Shown: positions 31,001 through 42,800, counted from the stretch's first letter. The stretch: 64,000 nt of DNA from an uncultured Gammaproteobacteria bacterium (GCA_963773065.1 CAVYZN010000005.1:96001-160000); one strand, 5' to 3'. Numbers and translations are program-made. The notes: generated by a model from the sequence alone, not told the origin.

Positions 31001-31914
31001 TCGGCCGCGGGGTTCTCTCCCGCGTAGGCCGGTCCTGTGTAGTGCGCAACCATCTGGGTCGGATCCGCCGGTTCGTGTGCTACCCGAGCCACATCGCGAA
31101 CGTAAACCGGTGCGCCATTGCGCACGCCCACGACCAGACGCTCGATATCGGAAGCCGTCTTCAGGAAGGCCCCGGTGCGCACCGCCAAGGCGGTACCACC
31201 GGTTTCGACACCGCCCGCTGTCTTCTCCGCATTGGCCGTGCGTATGGTTTCGGCGACCTGCGGCAGACTAATGCCAAAGCCGGAAAGACGCTCAGGCAAT
31301 ACCTCTACCTTGAGCTGATCCTCGCGCCCTCCAACAACAAAGCCCTTGCCGGCATCCGGTACCTCGCCAAGGCGTTGCAGCAAATCCAGGGCCAGTGTTC
31401 GCAATGAACCGTCATCGAGATCCTCGGACCACAGGGTGAGCGCTACGACAGGTACATCATCAACCGCGACCGGCTTGACCAGCGGCATGGAGACATCAGG
31501 TGGAATCTTGTCTAGATTGGATTGCAGCTTGTCATGCACCTTGACAATCGATTTCCCCATGTCCTCGTTGACATAGAAGCGCACGGTTACCATGGCGCGG
31601 CCGCGTTCGGTCGCCGTGTAGGTATGCTCAACGCCGGGGATTTCTTTCATGATCCGTTCCAGCGGTTCGGTAACCAGGCTGGCGACCTGTTGGGCCGAGG
31701 CCCCGGGATACTGGACGAAGACATCCACCATCGGGACGGATATTTGAGGATCTTCCTGGCGGGGAGTGAAAAACAAACCCATCAAACCAACAAGCAACGC
31801 GGCAATCAGCAACATCGGCGTGACAGGGGACGTAATAAAGAGACGTGCTGTTCTGCCGGCGATACCCAGTGATTTGGCATCATGCGGTTTGGAGATTTCT
31901 TGTTGTTCAGCCAT
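28045..31914 (-). CDS. RND efflux transporter permease (AcrB/CusA family) with long Pro-rich C-terminal tail
   Basis: EDPQISVP, SIGILVDDAAVVIENI, AVREVGNPTILAT, IALGGIIVRQSILIVEF, RMRPILIT. Confidence 0.93.
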   Translation of the reverse strand: MAEQQEISKPHDAKSLGIAGRTARLFITSPVTPMLLIAALLVGLMGLFFTPRQEDPQISVPMVDVFVQYPGASAQQVASLVTEPLERIMKEIPGVEHTYTATERGRAMVTVRFYVNEDMGKSIVKVHDKLQSNLDKIPPDVSMPLVKPVAVDDVPVVALTLWSEDLDDGSLRTLALDLLQRLGEVPDAGKGFVVGGREDQLKVEVLPERLSGFGISLPQVAETIRTANAEKTAGGVETGGTALAVRTGAFLKTASDIERLVVGVRNGAPVYVRDVARVAHEPADPTQMVAHYTGPAYAGENPAADGAPAVTIAIAKKEKTNGVVVANRLLEKIEDLKGDLIPANVHVEITRNYGKTANDKVNELLEAMLEAAVFVSLLCLYGLGFRAAFVVITVIPVVILVTIWWAMMVDYTIDRVSLFALIFSIGILVDDAAVVIENIFRHWLERGKTSVAIAVDAVREVGNPTILATFTIISALLPMGWVSGLMGPYMRPIPVLGSSAMFFSLLAAFIFTPWLAVKVAPRMASLEKAMKKEQKTHAKIRRFYRPIITPLIENRFLGFAFLFSIIGLTAGLCVLFYTQTVVVKMLPFDNKPEFSVIVNMPEGTAMPVTANVVRALAEEVRNIPEVTAVQTYAGTAQPFNFNGMVRHYYLRQRSWDGDLLVMIKNKNERERTSHQLAVDARHRLTPLAESMGARIAVVEMPPGPPVLQTVVAEVHGPDAETRRKVAADMTAMFGKVENVVDVDNYMAEPYEYWRFEVDTEKAVRRGISVDTINNTLTMAMGNFKLGDVKRETVLEPTYIVIQVPLSIRSQITRLGDLPVPTNDGKTLPLSELGQFIKQPEDPIIYSKDLRGVEYVIGEMEGRLGAPIYGMLGIEDLVKDYTAPDGVKMVTMPWNLFGAPKDDNHSGYEWSGEWTVTYETFRDMGGAFMAALVLIYALIVWEFKNFTLAGLIMSPIPLTLLGIIPGHWIMGAEFTATSMIGMIALGGIIVRQSILIVEFVKIEVAKGKDVREAAIHGAEVRMRPILITTLTVMVGAFAILHDPIFSGLAISTLFGAGVATCMAVLVVPLGCISARKQFYIETADDGTIGISPAYQRIEQVSNETAAPAGTPLWMRLYGGIISVFTWLFYIIRAIFTMLGMGFKAILGKSGHRRGAAPPPPRQPSPGAGGTPPPPRGGTPPPPRQPPPPRPAPAAGAADAATSTAASLQPAGEKAPAPHGRGAPVPTSDPVVAETVAGSGSAPEAVFADDVDHSGEEADESAMTSSEIADDTEGEGIVRKRRGIRLKQDLK

Positions 31915-32097
31915 ATATTAATCCCGCCTTTTTTATGTTTTCTCTTATGATAATAGACAAGCCTGCTGACCAGTCAATCTCCCCGCCCTTGCTCCGGTCA
32001 GGCATAGCTGATTACATTTCAGTAGCAGTACCATTTTGCCATACGCAATTGCTGCCCTGTCAGATGCAATTCAATCCGTGGAGTTGTGCCTCCTTTG

Positions 32098-33211
32098 TCA
32101 GCTCCCGGATGCCCCCACAACGACTCGGTCACCGGCCTTTATACCCGAAAGTATCGCTATTCCGTCAATCCCGACTTCATCACCGGTGCGTACCAGCCGC
32201 AATTCACGTTTGTTATCCTGGTTCAACACATAAACACCCGGCAAGCTGCCTTTCCACACCAGCGCATTCTTGGGAACCACGGGCAATTCATGTACCTGGG
32301 CGTTGATATCGTTGATGATGACTTCGGCATACATGCCTGCCCCGCCGGGCGCACCTTGCGGCAGATCAAATTTGACCGTCACGGTATGCCGGTCCGGATC
32401 CGCCATCGGGAAAATCTGCGCCACCCGTGCTTGCAGACTGACATCACCGACATCCAGTTTGGCCGGGACAACCATGCCCTTACTCACGCCGGGCATGAGA
32501 CGTGCGGGTACCTCGACCTGGATTTGCAACTGGGAGGTATCCGCGAACATGAGCAGCGGCATACCCGGTTGCACTGGATCACCCACTTCGACCAGTTTTT
32601 TGGTGATCACACCATCAAATGGCGCGATGGATTTTGTATCGCGAAGCTTGGTATCGATCTCTTCGATCTTGGCGCGCGCGCTTACCAGTTGATTGCGCGC
32701 CTGCTCGACCTGAGTGCTGTACGAATAGAGATCAGCGCCCCGTTCAACGCGCGGGGAGCCAGAGCCAAACATGCTGTTCATCGGGTTACTGAAATTGCGC
32801 ATCAACGAACCCATGCCGCCGCATCATGTCATTCGACTGGCCGCCATAGGGTGAAATCCATTCCCTGGAATACTGGACGCCGGCATTACGAAGCGCCGCC
32901 TCGGCATTGGCCAAATTTGCAAACGCCGCACGGCGCTGGGCCAGCAATTCGTCGTCAGTGATCGTCAGCAGGAGCGCGCCTGCCTCGAAGCTGTCACCCT
33001 CTTCACCGGAGATACTATCGATACGTCCAGGCAATTGCGCCGACAAGGTGGCTTCCTTGAAAGGGACAACGGTGCCGCCCAGGCTGACGGTACCGCCAAC
33101 CGCAACACTGGGTACGGTTATCACCGTGTCCGGCTGAGTTTCCGCGCAGATGCCGAAACCCACCAGAGAGGAACACAAAAAGCCGATAGTTGTAATTTTT
33201 CTGATTAACAT
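32098..33211 (-). CDS. RND periplasmic adaptor (MFP), frameshift near 32820
   Basis: TLSAQLPGRI..EGD, IAPFDGVITKKLVEVGDPVQPG, PMADPDRHTVTVK, LSGIKAGDRVVV. Confidence 0.88.
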
Positions 33212-33421
33212 GGGTTAATCCTCAAACACGTAAAATAAATGGGCAGGTTCGTCTAAAATACCGGCGCTGTCATTGACAGCGCCTTCCTGACCTACTGATC
33301 AATTTTAATTAGGAACGAATCCTTAGACAGATTTCTTATTTCGATTTGGCGGTAAGGAAACACGCTTGCCGTTTATCCACACATCAAATCCAGTTACTTA
33401 TTACTTATTCATGCAACAGTT

Positions 33422-33817
33422 TCAAGCCCGTCCCATCACGGTAAAACTTTTGATGAAGGGACCAGCCATACGTGGATCCTTGATCATGGCACCGTAGTCA
33501 CCCACGTTGAATTTCAGCTTGCGGGAGGTATAGGCCATACCTAGCCCCATCATACCCGGTGGTTTGGCAAGCCACTTGTTCCAGTTGTCAAACGATGCTC
33601 GCAGATCCCAGTTAAGCGTCTCTCCATTGTAGGTTCCGGCGGTGACGGCCTTGCCGTTTTGAACATTCAATACGCCGCGCGGCTGATCCTCGCCATCAAA
33701 GCCATAACCGATTACTGAATTGAAATTGATTTTTGCAAGGGCATCCGCTAATTCCGGCTCTGCATTCCACTGACTCATGAAACTCTTCATCCATTCATCG
33801 GAAAATAGATCCGCCAT
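33422..33817 (-). CDS. SCP2 sterol/lipid-binding domain protein
   Basis: LFSDEWM..WN N-terminus, WDLRAS..NW, AYTSRKLKF.VGD pattern typical of SCP2-like proteins. Confidence 0.75.
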   Translation of the reverse strand: MADLFSDEWMKSFMSQWNAEPELADALAKINFNSVIGYGFDGEDQPRGVLNVQNGKAVTAGTYNGETLNWDLRASFDNWNKWLAKPPGMMGLGMAYTSRKLKFNVGDYGAMIKDPRMAGPFIKSFTVMGRA

Positions 33818-34376
33818 TTTTTTGTCTCCTCCAGGTTAATCGGGTTCATAGTCAGAAAGTCCATGGTAATTATTAAATCAGACATGATTGCGTAAGAAAT
33901 CATGTTCTTTAATAACTGTCGTAAACATAGCAAAACTGATTCATAAAATACAGAAAAACAACACCCTGCTGACTGTAGGCTCGTCTGATGCCCAACTTTC
34001 ATGGCGATCCAGATTTTTAATTCAGGTTTGTTGGCACCATGAAATAACAATGCAGTATTTCTGAATATTTGAAACTAGCTACATGTTGATCGCTAAATCA
34101 TTTATGCCGATTGTCGATAAAGCTGGGACCTGAAACAGCTTCATGCTTTTGTTATATGGAACTGTTTATTAAGGTTTTATTGATTGAGCATAAACTGTTG
34201 CCCGCGACGCATACCAACCAAGCCAATCACGGCATGCCGCCGCGAATCCCTTTTTTATTAATTATATAACTCAGTTGGTTATTTATGCATACGGCAGGCT
34301 TTGTTAAGGGGCAAACTCTACAGGCTTCCCGCTATCCAGCCGTAATCGCCTGATCACGTCATGATGAATTAACATC

Positions 34377-34841
34377 ATGAACATGCATGACAACATGGCC
34401 ATCGAACGGCGGCGTAAAAAACGGCGACATTTCTCATTGCAATCATTCCTTGGGGCGCTATTCACGTTACGTCGTCGCCGGTCACGGCGTATCGACGATC
34501 AGTCAAACAGCTATATCGATTGGTATGAACCCTGGCCACTCGTTGCCAGCCTGGTCATCATTCTCTTGTCCTGCCTGGATGCCTTCCTGACACTGGTCCT
34601 TTTGAATCATGGCGCCGTAGAACTGAACATCCTGATGGACTGGTTGATCAAAAAGGACATACGCACCTTTGCCGCGGCAAAAATCGCCGTCACCAGTATG
34701 GCGTTGATCGTTCTGGTGATGCATTTCAACTTCCGTATTTATCGAGTGCTTACCGTTCGTTACCTGATGTACGTTCTGATGCCGCTTTACGCGCTGTTGA
34801 TCGCGCACGAAATCAGCCTGCTTAGCGTGTTACATCCATAG
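34377..34841 (+). CDS. DUF5658-like membrane protein
   Basis: LSCLDAFLTL.LL..GAVELN.LM, K..VT motifs; Arg-rich N-terminus with YIDWY. Confidence 0.7.
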   Translation: MNMHDNMAIERRRKKRRHFSLQSFLGALFTLRRRRSRRIDDQSNSYIDWYEPWPLVASLVIILLSCLDAFLTLVLLNHGAVELNILMDWLIKKDIRTFAAAKIAVTSMALIVLVMHFNFRIYRVLTVRYLMYVLMPLYALLIAHEISLLSVLHP

Positions 34842-34877
34842 ATATAAGATAGAGATATCCAGGGCTTGCGGGGCACC

Positions 34878-37136
34878 CTACCTGGCATCTGCGGAGGCCA
34901 TGGCGGTCATGTTGACGATTCCACGCACGGAAACGGCGTTACTGAGTATGTGCACCGGAAGACGGGAACCAATGAGTATCGGACCCACATCGACGGCATT
35001 GCCAAGACGCTTCATCACGCCAAGCGCGATACCCGCCGCCGCGAGATTCGGCATAACCAGGAGGTTTGCCGGCGCGCCGTGATCAGATTCAGGCGCGCCA
35101 GTCTCGCCATGCGAAGACAGTGCAACTTCAATACCCACCTCACCAGTCACCTCCAGACCCGGTGCCCGACTTTTCAGGATCTCGATGGCCGATGTGGCAC
35201 GCTGCTGATCTCCTTTATCGCGACTGCCGCCTTCCGCGTGAGACAGTAATGCAACCCTTGGCCTGATACCAAAACGTTCTACGACCTTCGCGGCCATCAA
35301 TACAACGTCCGCCAGGTGCTCCGGCGCAGGCATGATCGCGATCTGGGTATCGGTGATAAACAGCGGGCCCAGGCGCGTTATCACCAGGTTCACGGTAGAT
35401 AGGTTACGGGAATTCTCGCCGCAGCCTATGAGGTTGCGGATGTAATTCAGATGCATGTTGAAATCACCGTTGACACCGCATATCACGCCGTCAACCAGGC
35501 CGCGGCGCAGGCGCACGGCAGACAGAACGGTGCCATTGGTGTGCACAAGCTGTTTTACTGCATCGGATGTTATCCCGGTTCCGGCAAGCCAGTCGCGGGC
35601 GCATAGCCAGTCCTGTTCCAACTGGTTGCTCTCACCCTGATCCACGATCTCGAAATCCTGGTCTGGTCGCAGACGCATGCCAAGGTTACCGAGTTTTTCC
35701 TCGATCCGGTCACGATGGCCAACCAGCACGGGGCGGCACAGGTCTTCATCCACGATAACCTGCAGCGCCTGCAGGACGCGGGAGGATTCACCCTCCGCGA
35801 ACAGGATGCGGCGCGGATGCTGGCGCACCAGATCAAAGATGGGACGCATTAGCGTGCTGGTTCTGAACCGGTAGTCCTGCAGCTTGCGCCGGTAGGCGAC
35901 CAAATCATGGATGGGACGCCTGGCCACACCGCTGTCCATGGCCGCGCGGGCGACGCTCACGGCAATGCGGCTCATGAGGCGCCGGTCAAAGGGCTTGGGC
36001 AACAGGTACGTCGGACCAAAGCGGAAGGTCTCGCCGCGGTAAGCCGCGGTGACGCTATCGGAGGTTTCTTCGAGCGTCAGGTCGGCCAACGCTTTCACGC
36101 AGGCAAGCTTCATTTCATGGTTGATGGTAGTGGCGCCTACATCCAGCGCGCCGCGAAACAGGAAGGGAAAGCACAATACATTGTTGACCTGGTTTGGGTA
36201 GTCAGACCGCCCTGTTGCCATGAGCACATCATCACGCGCGGCGTGGGCAACTTCCGGCAGGATTTCCGGATCCGGATTAGCCAGTGCCAGAATAAACGGA
36301 CGCTCGGCCATCTGCTTGACCTCTTCGGCGCCCATGACACCGGGGCCGGACAGGCCGAGGAAAACATCCGCGCCTACTATGGCTTCCCGCAAGGTCCTAC
36401 GGCCGGTCGCCCGCAAATACCTTGACTTGTACGGGTCATTCGTTCCTTCCCGACCCTCGTAAAGGACCCCCTTGCGATCACAGACGAAGACATTGTCCTT
36501 CTTCAACCCCATCGAGACCAGCAGATCCAGGCAGGCCATGGCGGCCGCACCGGCACCCGAGCAGACCAGTTTGACATCCCCGATTTGCTTCCCGGCCACC
36601 CGCAATCCATTGCGGATGGCCGCCGCGACGACAATCGCCGTGCCGTGCTGGTCATCATGGAAAACCGGGATATCCAGACGTTCGATCAGTTTCCGCTCGA
36701 TTTCAAAACACTCCGGGGCCTTGATGTCCTCCAGGTTGATACCGCCAAAGGTCGGCGCCAGCGCCGCGACGACATCGACAAATTTGTCCGGATCGCTGGC
36801 ATCGAGTTCCAGGTCGAAGACATCGATATCCGCAAAGGTCTTGAACAGGGCGGCCTTGCCTTCCATCACCGGCTTGGCGGCATAGGGCCCGATGTTCCCC
36901 AGACCGAGCACCGCCGTGCCGTTGGTTATCACCGCCACCAGATTTCCACGGGCCGTGTAATCCCTTATGGTGTCGATATCATCGACAATAGCCTCACAGA
37001 CCGCCGCAACCCCAGGGGTGTAGGCGAGTGACAGATCATGCTGCGTGAGCATGCGCTTGGTCGTCTCGACAGAGATCTTGCCGGCAACGGGATGCCGGTG
37101 GTATTCGAGCGCGGTCTTTTTAAGATCAGTACTCAT
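34878..37136 (-). CDS. maeB: NADP-dependent malic enzyme with PTA-like domain
   Basis: [51 protein letters not shown]; C-terminal PTA-like domain. Confidence 0.93.
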   Translation of the reverse strand: MSTDLKKTALEYHRHPVAGKISVETTKRMLTQHDLSLAYTPGVAAVCEAIVDDIDTIRDYTARGNLVAVITNGTAVLGLGNIGPYAAKPVMEGKAALFKTFADIDVFDLELDASDPDKFVDVVAALAPTFGGINLEDIKAPECFEIERKLIERLDIPVFHDDQHGTAIVVAAAIRNGLRVAGKQIGDVKLVCSGAGAAAMACLDLLVSMGLKKDNVFVCDRKGVLYEGREGTNDPYKSRYLRATGRRTLREAIVGADVFLGLSGPGVMGAEEVKQMAERPFILALANPDPEILPEVAHAARDDVLMATGRSDYPNQVNNVLCFPFLFRGALDVGATTINHEMKLACVKALADLTLEETSDSVTAAYRGETFRFGPTYLLPKPFDRRLMSRIAVSVARAAMDSGVARRPIHDLVAYRRKLQDYRFRTSTLMRPIFDLVRQHPRRILFAEGESSRVLQALQVIVDEDLCRPVLVGHRDRIEEKLGNLGMRLRPDQDFEIVDQGESNQLEQDWLCARDWLAGTGITSDAVKQLVHTNGTVLSAVRLRRGLVDGVICGVNGDFNMHLNYIRNLIGCGENSRNLSTVNLVITRLGPLFITDTQIAIMPAPEHLADVVLMAAKVVERFGIRPRVALLSHAEGGSRDKGDQQRATSAIEILKSRAPGLEVTGEVGIEVALSSHGETGAPESDHGAPANLLVMPNLAAAGIALGVMKRLGNAVDVGPILIGSRLPVHILSNAVSVRGIVNMTAMASADAR

Positions 37137-37254
37137 CTGCTCCTTGGATACCCTCGGTGGCCTGGCAAGATTTCCGTTTACCGGGGGAAGCGCCGGCACG
37201 GAGGCCAGCATTCAACAGGTGTGGATTTTCCGTTAAATAAAAGATACTGCAATA

Positions 37255-38938
37255 TCATTCTTCCGGATATACGGCTTTTCGATGGTGCGGTGGGTTGAGC
37301 GCTGTTATACGATTGGCATCCGCACAATTCTTGTTAAAAGACCTTGCGAAGGCGATAAATTCCCTGGCTGGCATCCCTTTCGAGTAGTACCATCCTTGCC
37401 CGAAATCGACGCCGCGCGCGCGCAGATAATCTGCCTGCTCGCCGGTTTCGATCCCTTCGGCAATGATGCGCAGTTCAAGCCGCTTGGCCATGTCGATGAT
37501 CGAGTCGATCAGCCCGGCGGTCAGCGCATCCGTACCGATGGCATCCACGAAGGTCTTGTCTATTTTCAGAAAATCCAGCGGGAATGAGCTGATATAACTC
37601 AGGCTGGAATAGCCGGTGCCGAAATCATCCAGCGCGATATGTGAACCGCGCTCGCGCAGCCGCGTCATGACATCCCTGGCATTGCCGCTGTCCTTTTTTA
37701 TGAGGCCCCGCTCGGTAATCTCATAAATGATCTGGTTTGGCGGTATGGTGCTGTATCCGAACACGTGAGCGGTGGTTCTGAGTATCCTGTCCGACTCGAA
37801 ATGGCAGGGGCTGAGATTGATCGCGATGTGGAACGATCGTTCCTCCTCGAGAAACGCTTCCATCTCCCGCCGGATCTGCCTCATCAGCCATTCCGTCATC
37901 GGCTCGATCAGATCCAGTGTCTTCCGCCAGCGGAATGAACAGATCCGGCCGGACCCGTTTGCCGCCGGGCTGGCGCCAGCTTATCAGCGCCTCGGCGCCA
38001 ACGCAGCGGCCTGACTGGAGATTTATGACCGGCTGGTAATTGATCTCGAATTCATTCTTCTGCAGACTGCGCTCGAGCTCTCCCTGCAGGGACAGACGCC
38101 GGCGGAAAATCCCCAGAACGAGAATGACCAGCAGAACCGAGGTGGCGGCCCCGATGGCTCCGAGTATCCATGACATTCTTATCCAGTCATGCAGTATCCA
38201 GGTATCGGACGCGGCGGCCACCGCGTAAATCCCGGGATATCCCTCCAGTTCGACGGCAAACAGCGTGCGTTCAATGCCGTCCTTGAACTGTGCCCGAAGT
38301 TGCGTTGAGCCAGCGGCAACCTCCGCCGTGGACTCCACCATCTCCATTTCCGGTACGTTACCGTTCCAGGCATAAAGGTGGGCGTCCTCGCGCCGCATCA
38401 GTACGGCAAACCCATGTTCGCCCAGATCCGCACCCAGGCGTCCGATCAGCACACTGGGGTGTAGCAATGCACCAATCTCCGGTCCGTTTTCCCATTTGCG
38501 CAGCGCCACGAGTCCATAGCGTTTCATGAGTTTGATCTGCAGCGGGCCGATGAGCCGGAACCCGGATTCCGGCGGCGGAAGTTCCGGCTCCACCGGAGGC
38601 TTGACCGGCCCCCAACTGGTGCATACCAGTTTGCGGTCGGGACGCATGATGCCGATGTCGCTGATTTCAGGTATGTCATAGGCCATGGTGTTCATCGCAC
38701 TGACGTCTGCGGCGGAACAGTCATACGAGAGGTCGTACAGGGCAATCAGCCCCTGATCCACATCCTGCAGGATCTTCGAGGTGTCCGCGGCGATGGTCTG
38801 CGAGATGGACCGCAGCTTGGTCTCGGCAGACTCTACCGTGGTCTGGTAAGCCAGCCATATCGCCAGGCTCACCGGCGCCGCTCCGGCGGCAACGGCAACC
38901 AGCGGGGTAAAAAAGATGATCAGCTTGCGTCGCATCAA
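37255..38938 (-). CDS. CSS-motif EAL c-di-GMP phosphodiesterase (frameshift near 37912)
   Basis: TM, periplasmic domain with C..LVCTS, TM, GAEAL, YEITER, ALDDFGTGYSSL, LKIDK, AEGIET. Confidence 0.88.
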
Positions 38939-39059
38939 AATGGACGTCTACCCTTGGCCGTTATTATAACCGCAATGCTGGTGCAAACGGCGGACAAGCG
39001 CCCGGCACGGACTGGGTTCATGCCAGCGTTCGGCAGACAGCGGGAACAGCCATCCCGGA

Positions 39060-39671
39060 TCAATTCGAAACGCCACCCCGCGCGGGAAACCTGGCCAGCA
39101 TGAACATGACCATATCATTAAGGCGGTCCTGGCGTTCTTCCCTGGATATCTTGAGATCCGCGTAACCCTGCAACGCGCTGCGCCAGGCCGTTCGCCCGGT
39201 CTTCGCGTCGATAATGTCGATAACCAGCGTACCCTTCTCATAGCGGCCGGCATCCGGTGCCGGGAGGCTCAGGCTGGGCTGTATGCCGTAGCGATCATTG
39301 ATCTCCTGGTCCGACAGGGCATCATTCAGGACCACGGTGTAACCAACCCGGAGATCACCCAGGCTGGCCCTCCAGGTATATTCGTAGCCCTTCTTGCGCA
39401 GCGAATTGATGATGGCATTCTCCAGGGCGTCCTTGTCCGGGGCTTTATCCTGGTGCGGATCGCTGTGTATCTCCCGCATACCCCGCGCCCAGGTGAAAGT
39501 TGCCGCTGACGATACATCGGTCATCGTATCTTTCGTTGATACCACAGTGAACGGCATGGGTTGGGCGCGGATAGTCTTGGTCATGGCCGCCTTCTGCTGG
39601 CCGCATCCCGACAACAGCAGCGCAAGCACCAGGAAGGAAAGGAAAGATACGCATGACTTGCGCTTACTCAT
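39060..39671 (-). CDS. DUF4136 domain lipoprotein
   Basis: Lipobox LLSGC; YEKGTLVIDIIDAKTGRTAWR; ends ARFP. Confidence 0.8.
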   Translation of the reverse strand: MSKRKSCVSFLSFLVLALLLSGCGQQKAAMTKTIRAQPMPFTVVSTKDTMTDVSSAATFTWARGMREIHSDPHQDKAPDKDALENAIINSLRKKGYEYTWRASLGDLRVGYTVVLNDALSDQEINDRYGIQPSLSLPAPDAGRYEKGTLVIDIIDAKTGRTAWRSALQGYADLKISREERQDRLNDMVMFMLARFPARGGVSN

Positions 39672-39841
39672 TAGTGACTCCTTCTATGTCGAAACTCCTG
39701 CTGTTGGCGAGCAACCCTCGCACAACCAATCCTCTAGCCCTATATCGTCAACCTCATGTCGGGCGTTGATCCAGCTCGCTGATCCCTGGCTGCTTTTCCA
39801 ACGGACCACGACCACAGGTTTCCTGCTTCGCCCTGTGGTCG

Positions 39842-42800
39842 CTACCGCTTTTGCTCCTTCTCATTTTCAGCCTCGATCTTTTTCGCGAGTTTCACGCAAC
39901 CACCGCCCTGATTGTCATGATCATCAAGGCTCGCCCATAACTTTTCACCCAGGATTGCAGGTAGTGCCACCATGGGCATCACGGGCATCAGCACCAGGGA
40001 ACCCAGGCTGGTGACCGCCGCCTTGACGGGCAGCGCCGTGACCGCGGGGTCGCGTATCGGCCCTTTGATATGGACCGGAGCCAGTTCCGAGAACAGACGC
40101 TTTTTCTGTTTCGGCAACAGCGTCATGTCCAGCGTTTCGTCCCCGAGATCCAGCGTAGCCGTCCCCGTGAGAGTCAAGGTCGGGCCATCCGCCGCCAGCA
40201 GATTGCTGGTAGCGACGCCATCACGGATATCAAACGCCGCCATGACACAGTCCAATTGGCATAAGGGTCTCTGCGCGTGGTCGCACTCACCACCCAGCCA
40301 AACACATCGAGGGCGAGGTACTCCACGTATTTACGCGGCACCCTGGCATTCTCCAGTCCGAGGCTGAATTTTCCGTCAAGACTGGATAGCAGCGCATGCG
40401 GGGTATCGCCGCCGGCGCTGACATCAATCTGCAGATTCACATAGCCCTCCACCGGCACTTCCTTCTGGAGCTGCGCCAGCACCGGCCCCAGCATCAGGTC
40501 ATTACCGGTCACCTTGAGGGAAATAACGGGCCTTTGCCGCGCATCGATCTCCAGGTCCAGTGTCGATGGGCCACCCTCGAATTCCAGCTTCACGGGTGAT
40601 GCGCGCAGCACCCCGTTTGCCAGATTGATCCTGGCATCCAGACGCTCGAATCTAAGCTCCGTGCCCGCGACGGCGTGCACGGTGACGGTCAGGTCCAGAT
40701 CCAGGGTCTGTAACGGCTTCAGATTCAGTGGCCGTCGGCTGAACAGGAATTTTTTCCCCGCAGGTTCCGCGGGAACGCCGGCGGTGTTAACGTTATCCGC
40801 CCGTTTACCCAAGCCAAAATCCCCGAGATGCATTACCGGAATGTCGAGAGTGCCCGTGAGTCTGGGCTTGTCTCCCGCCAGTGATCCGGTCACCCGGGTT
40901 GCACTCGTGGTGGCGCCCACGGTGTTGCTTGCTTCATAGTCCAGATATCCCTTGCTGATCCTGAGATGTCCCTGACCTCTATAGGGGGAGAAGCCGGACA
41001 AGCCGAACCCCAGCGCCTTGCCGAGCGCGGGTACGTCAGCAATTTCCAGCATTGTGCTGACCTGCCCCTGGTCTCGATTGAGCAGGTCGTCAAGAACGCC
41101 CGCCGCCTTGAGCTGAAACAGCCCAGTCTGAGCCGAGACTATAGAGAATTTATCCAGTCCCCAGCTACCGTCGACGTCCGACGCCGTCACACTGCCCTCC
41201 AACCGGCCGAGGTCATCTGACGGCGGCTCTTGGTAAAAAGCGGCGATCAGGCCGGCGGTGGCGACATCAAACCCGAGATCCATGGTGGTGCTGCGTCGTC
41301 TGAATTCCGTGCGTATCGTTCCGTTTGCCCGCAGGGTGGGTTGAGCCGGGTTGCCGGTGTACAGTTTCAATGATTCGATCGACACGCTGGACATACCGCC
41401 CCTCACCCGCGCCCAGGCTTGAACCGCGCCCAGCTCCGGCAGCTTGAGGTTGAAATACTTGTTCAGGTAAGTGCTTTTTGCCGCCTGGAGATCCAGTGCA
41501 AGGTTGAATCCGGACGCTTTCGCCGTACGGGAAAACGGTATGACATCGACCACACCCTTTGCCGTCACGCGTAGCTGTTCGGGTCTGCCGATATTCAGGT
41601 TAAGGTCATTGAGGCTGATGCCATCCCGATAAGGGACCAGCCGGGCGGTCGCCTTGACGCGTCCGAGTTCCGGGATGTCATTACTGTCCTGTGCGATCAG
41701 GGTGGTCAGCGCCCTGGTGGTGGGTGAGTCAAGCGAGAGTTTCAGCTCAGTGGGTCGTGCAGGGCGTTTTTGAATCGTTCTGTGGATATCCGCACTCCCG
41801 CTGAGGTCGATTTCGATACCCGAACGGGTCGTTGCCTTTGCCTTGAGATCCTCGACCCGGTATTGGCCGTCCCTGGCGCGTACCGTCCCTTCGGCCGCGA
41901 GTGTTTTCAGTTTGTTGTGTTGGTCGAACAGCAGCCAGGATGTCACGGCGGGATTGCTGGATTGGCCGCTGACCCGCAGTTCCAGTTGCTCCATGGTCAG
42001 GAGATCCTCTATCTCCCCGGTCACGCTCAGATCGAGTTCGCCGGGGCGCTGCAGGCGGGCGCTGATTTGCTCCAATCGCGGCCTGTCATAATCGCCACGC
42101 AACCGCATCTGCGCACTCACCGCGCCCAGGGCCGGCGCCCTGTCATTCCAGAGCCTGAGCGTCTTGGAAAGTTCAGGGTCAGTGAGGGTCAGGTGACAGG
42201 TCGAGGCCTGCACCTTCGAGAGGCCGGGTTATCTGGCCATCGAGATGGGACTCCAGCGTGCCACTCGTGATGTCCAGACGCACCGAATACGGTTGTTCGG
42301 CCTGGATGAGCTGTACCAGGGAATCCAGACGGCCATTGATGCTGAAGTGGCGGTCCTCGATCAGGCCATCACCCTGAATACCGAGCGGCCCGCTGTTGTT
42401 GACGTCATCGACGATCAGTTCAAGCAGGGCGAGCGTGTGTGATTTGTCGGGGTCCGATTCGCGATAGATCGAAATACAGGTTATGCAGTCTGGCTTCTTC
42501 GATGACAAAGGTCGGGAATGAAATGCCGCTGAAGTTAATTCCGCCATCATTCGCTCCCTCCCGCACTTCCAGGTGTACATCGCCGAGCGTCAGATGCCTT
42601 ACCCACAGAATTCCGCTCAACAGTGAGTCGAGCCGGACACGCGTTTGGAACTCACCGATCCCTAAGGTATAGCTGCCATCGTTCGCCCGCAGGCTGACCT
42701 CACCGGCTGACAGCGACGCCTCCCTGGCCAGGTGCAGCGCAAACGCTCCCTTGATCTGCAGGCTGGCATCCAGGAATTTATCGGCCGCCCACACCAGGGC

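Noticed and set aside
33818-34376. AT-rich region upstream of the sgp cluster as an ncRNA or defined promoter
   Set aside because: Probably regulatory, but I could not identify a convincing promoter, operator or RNA structure.
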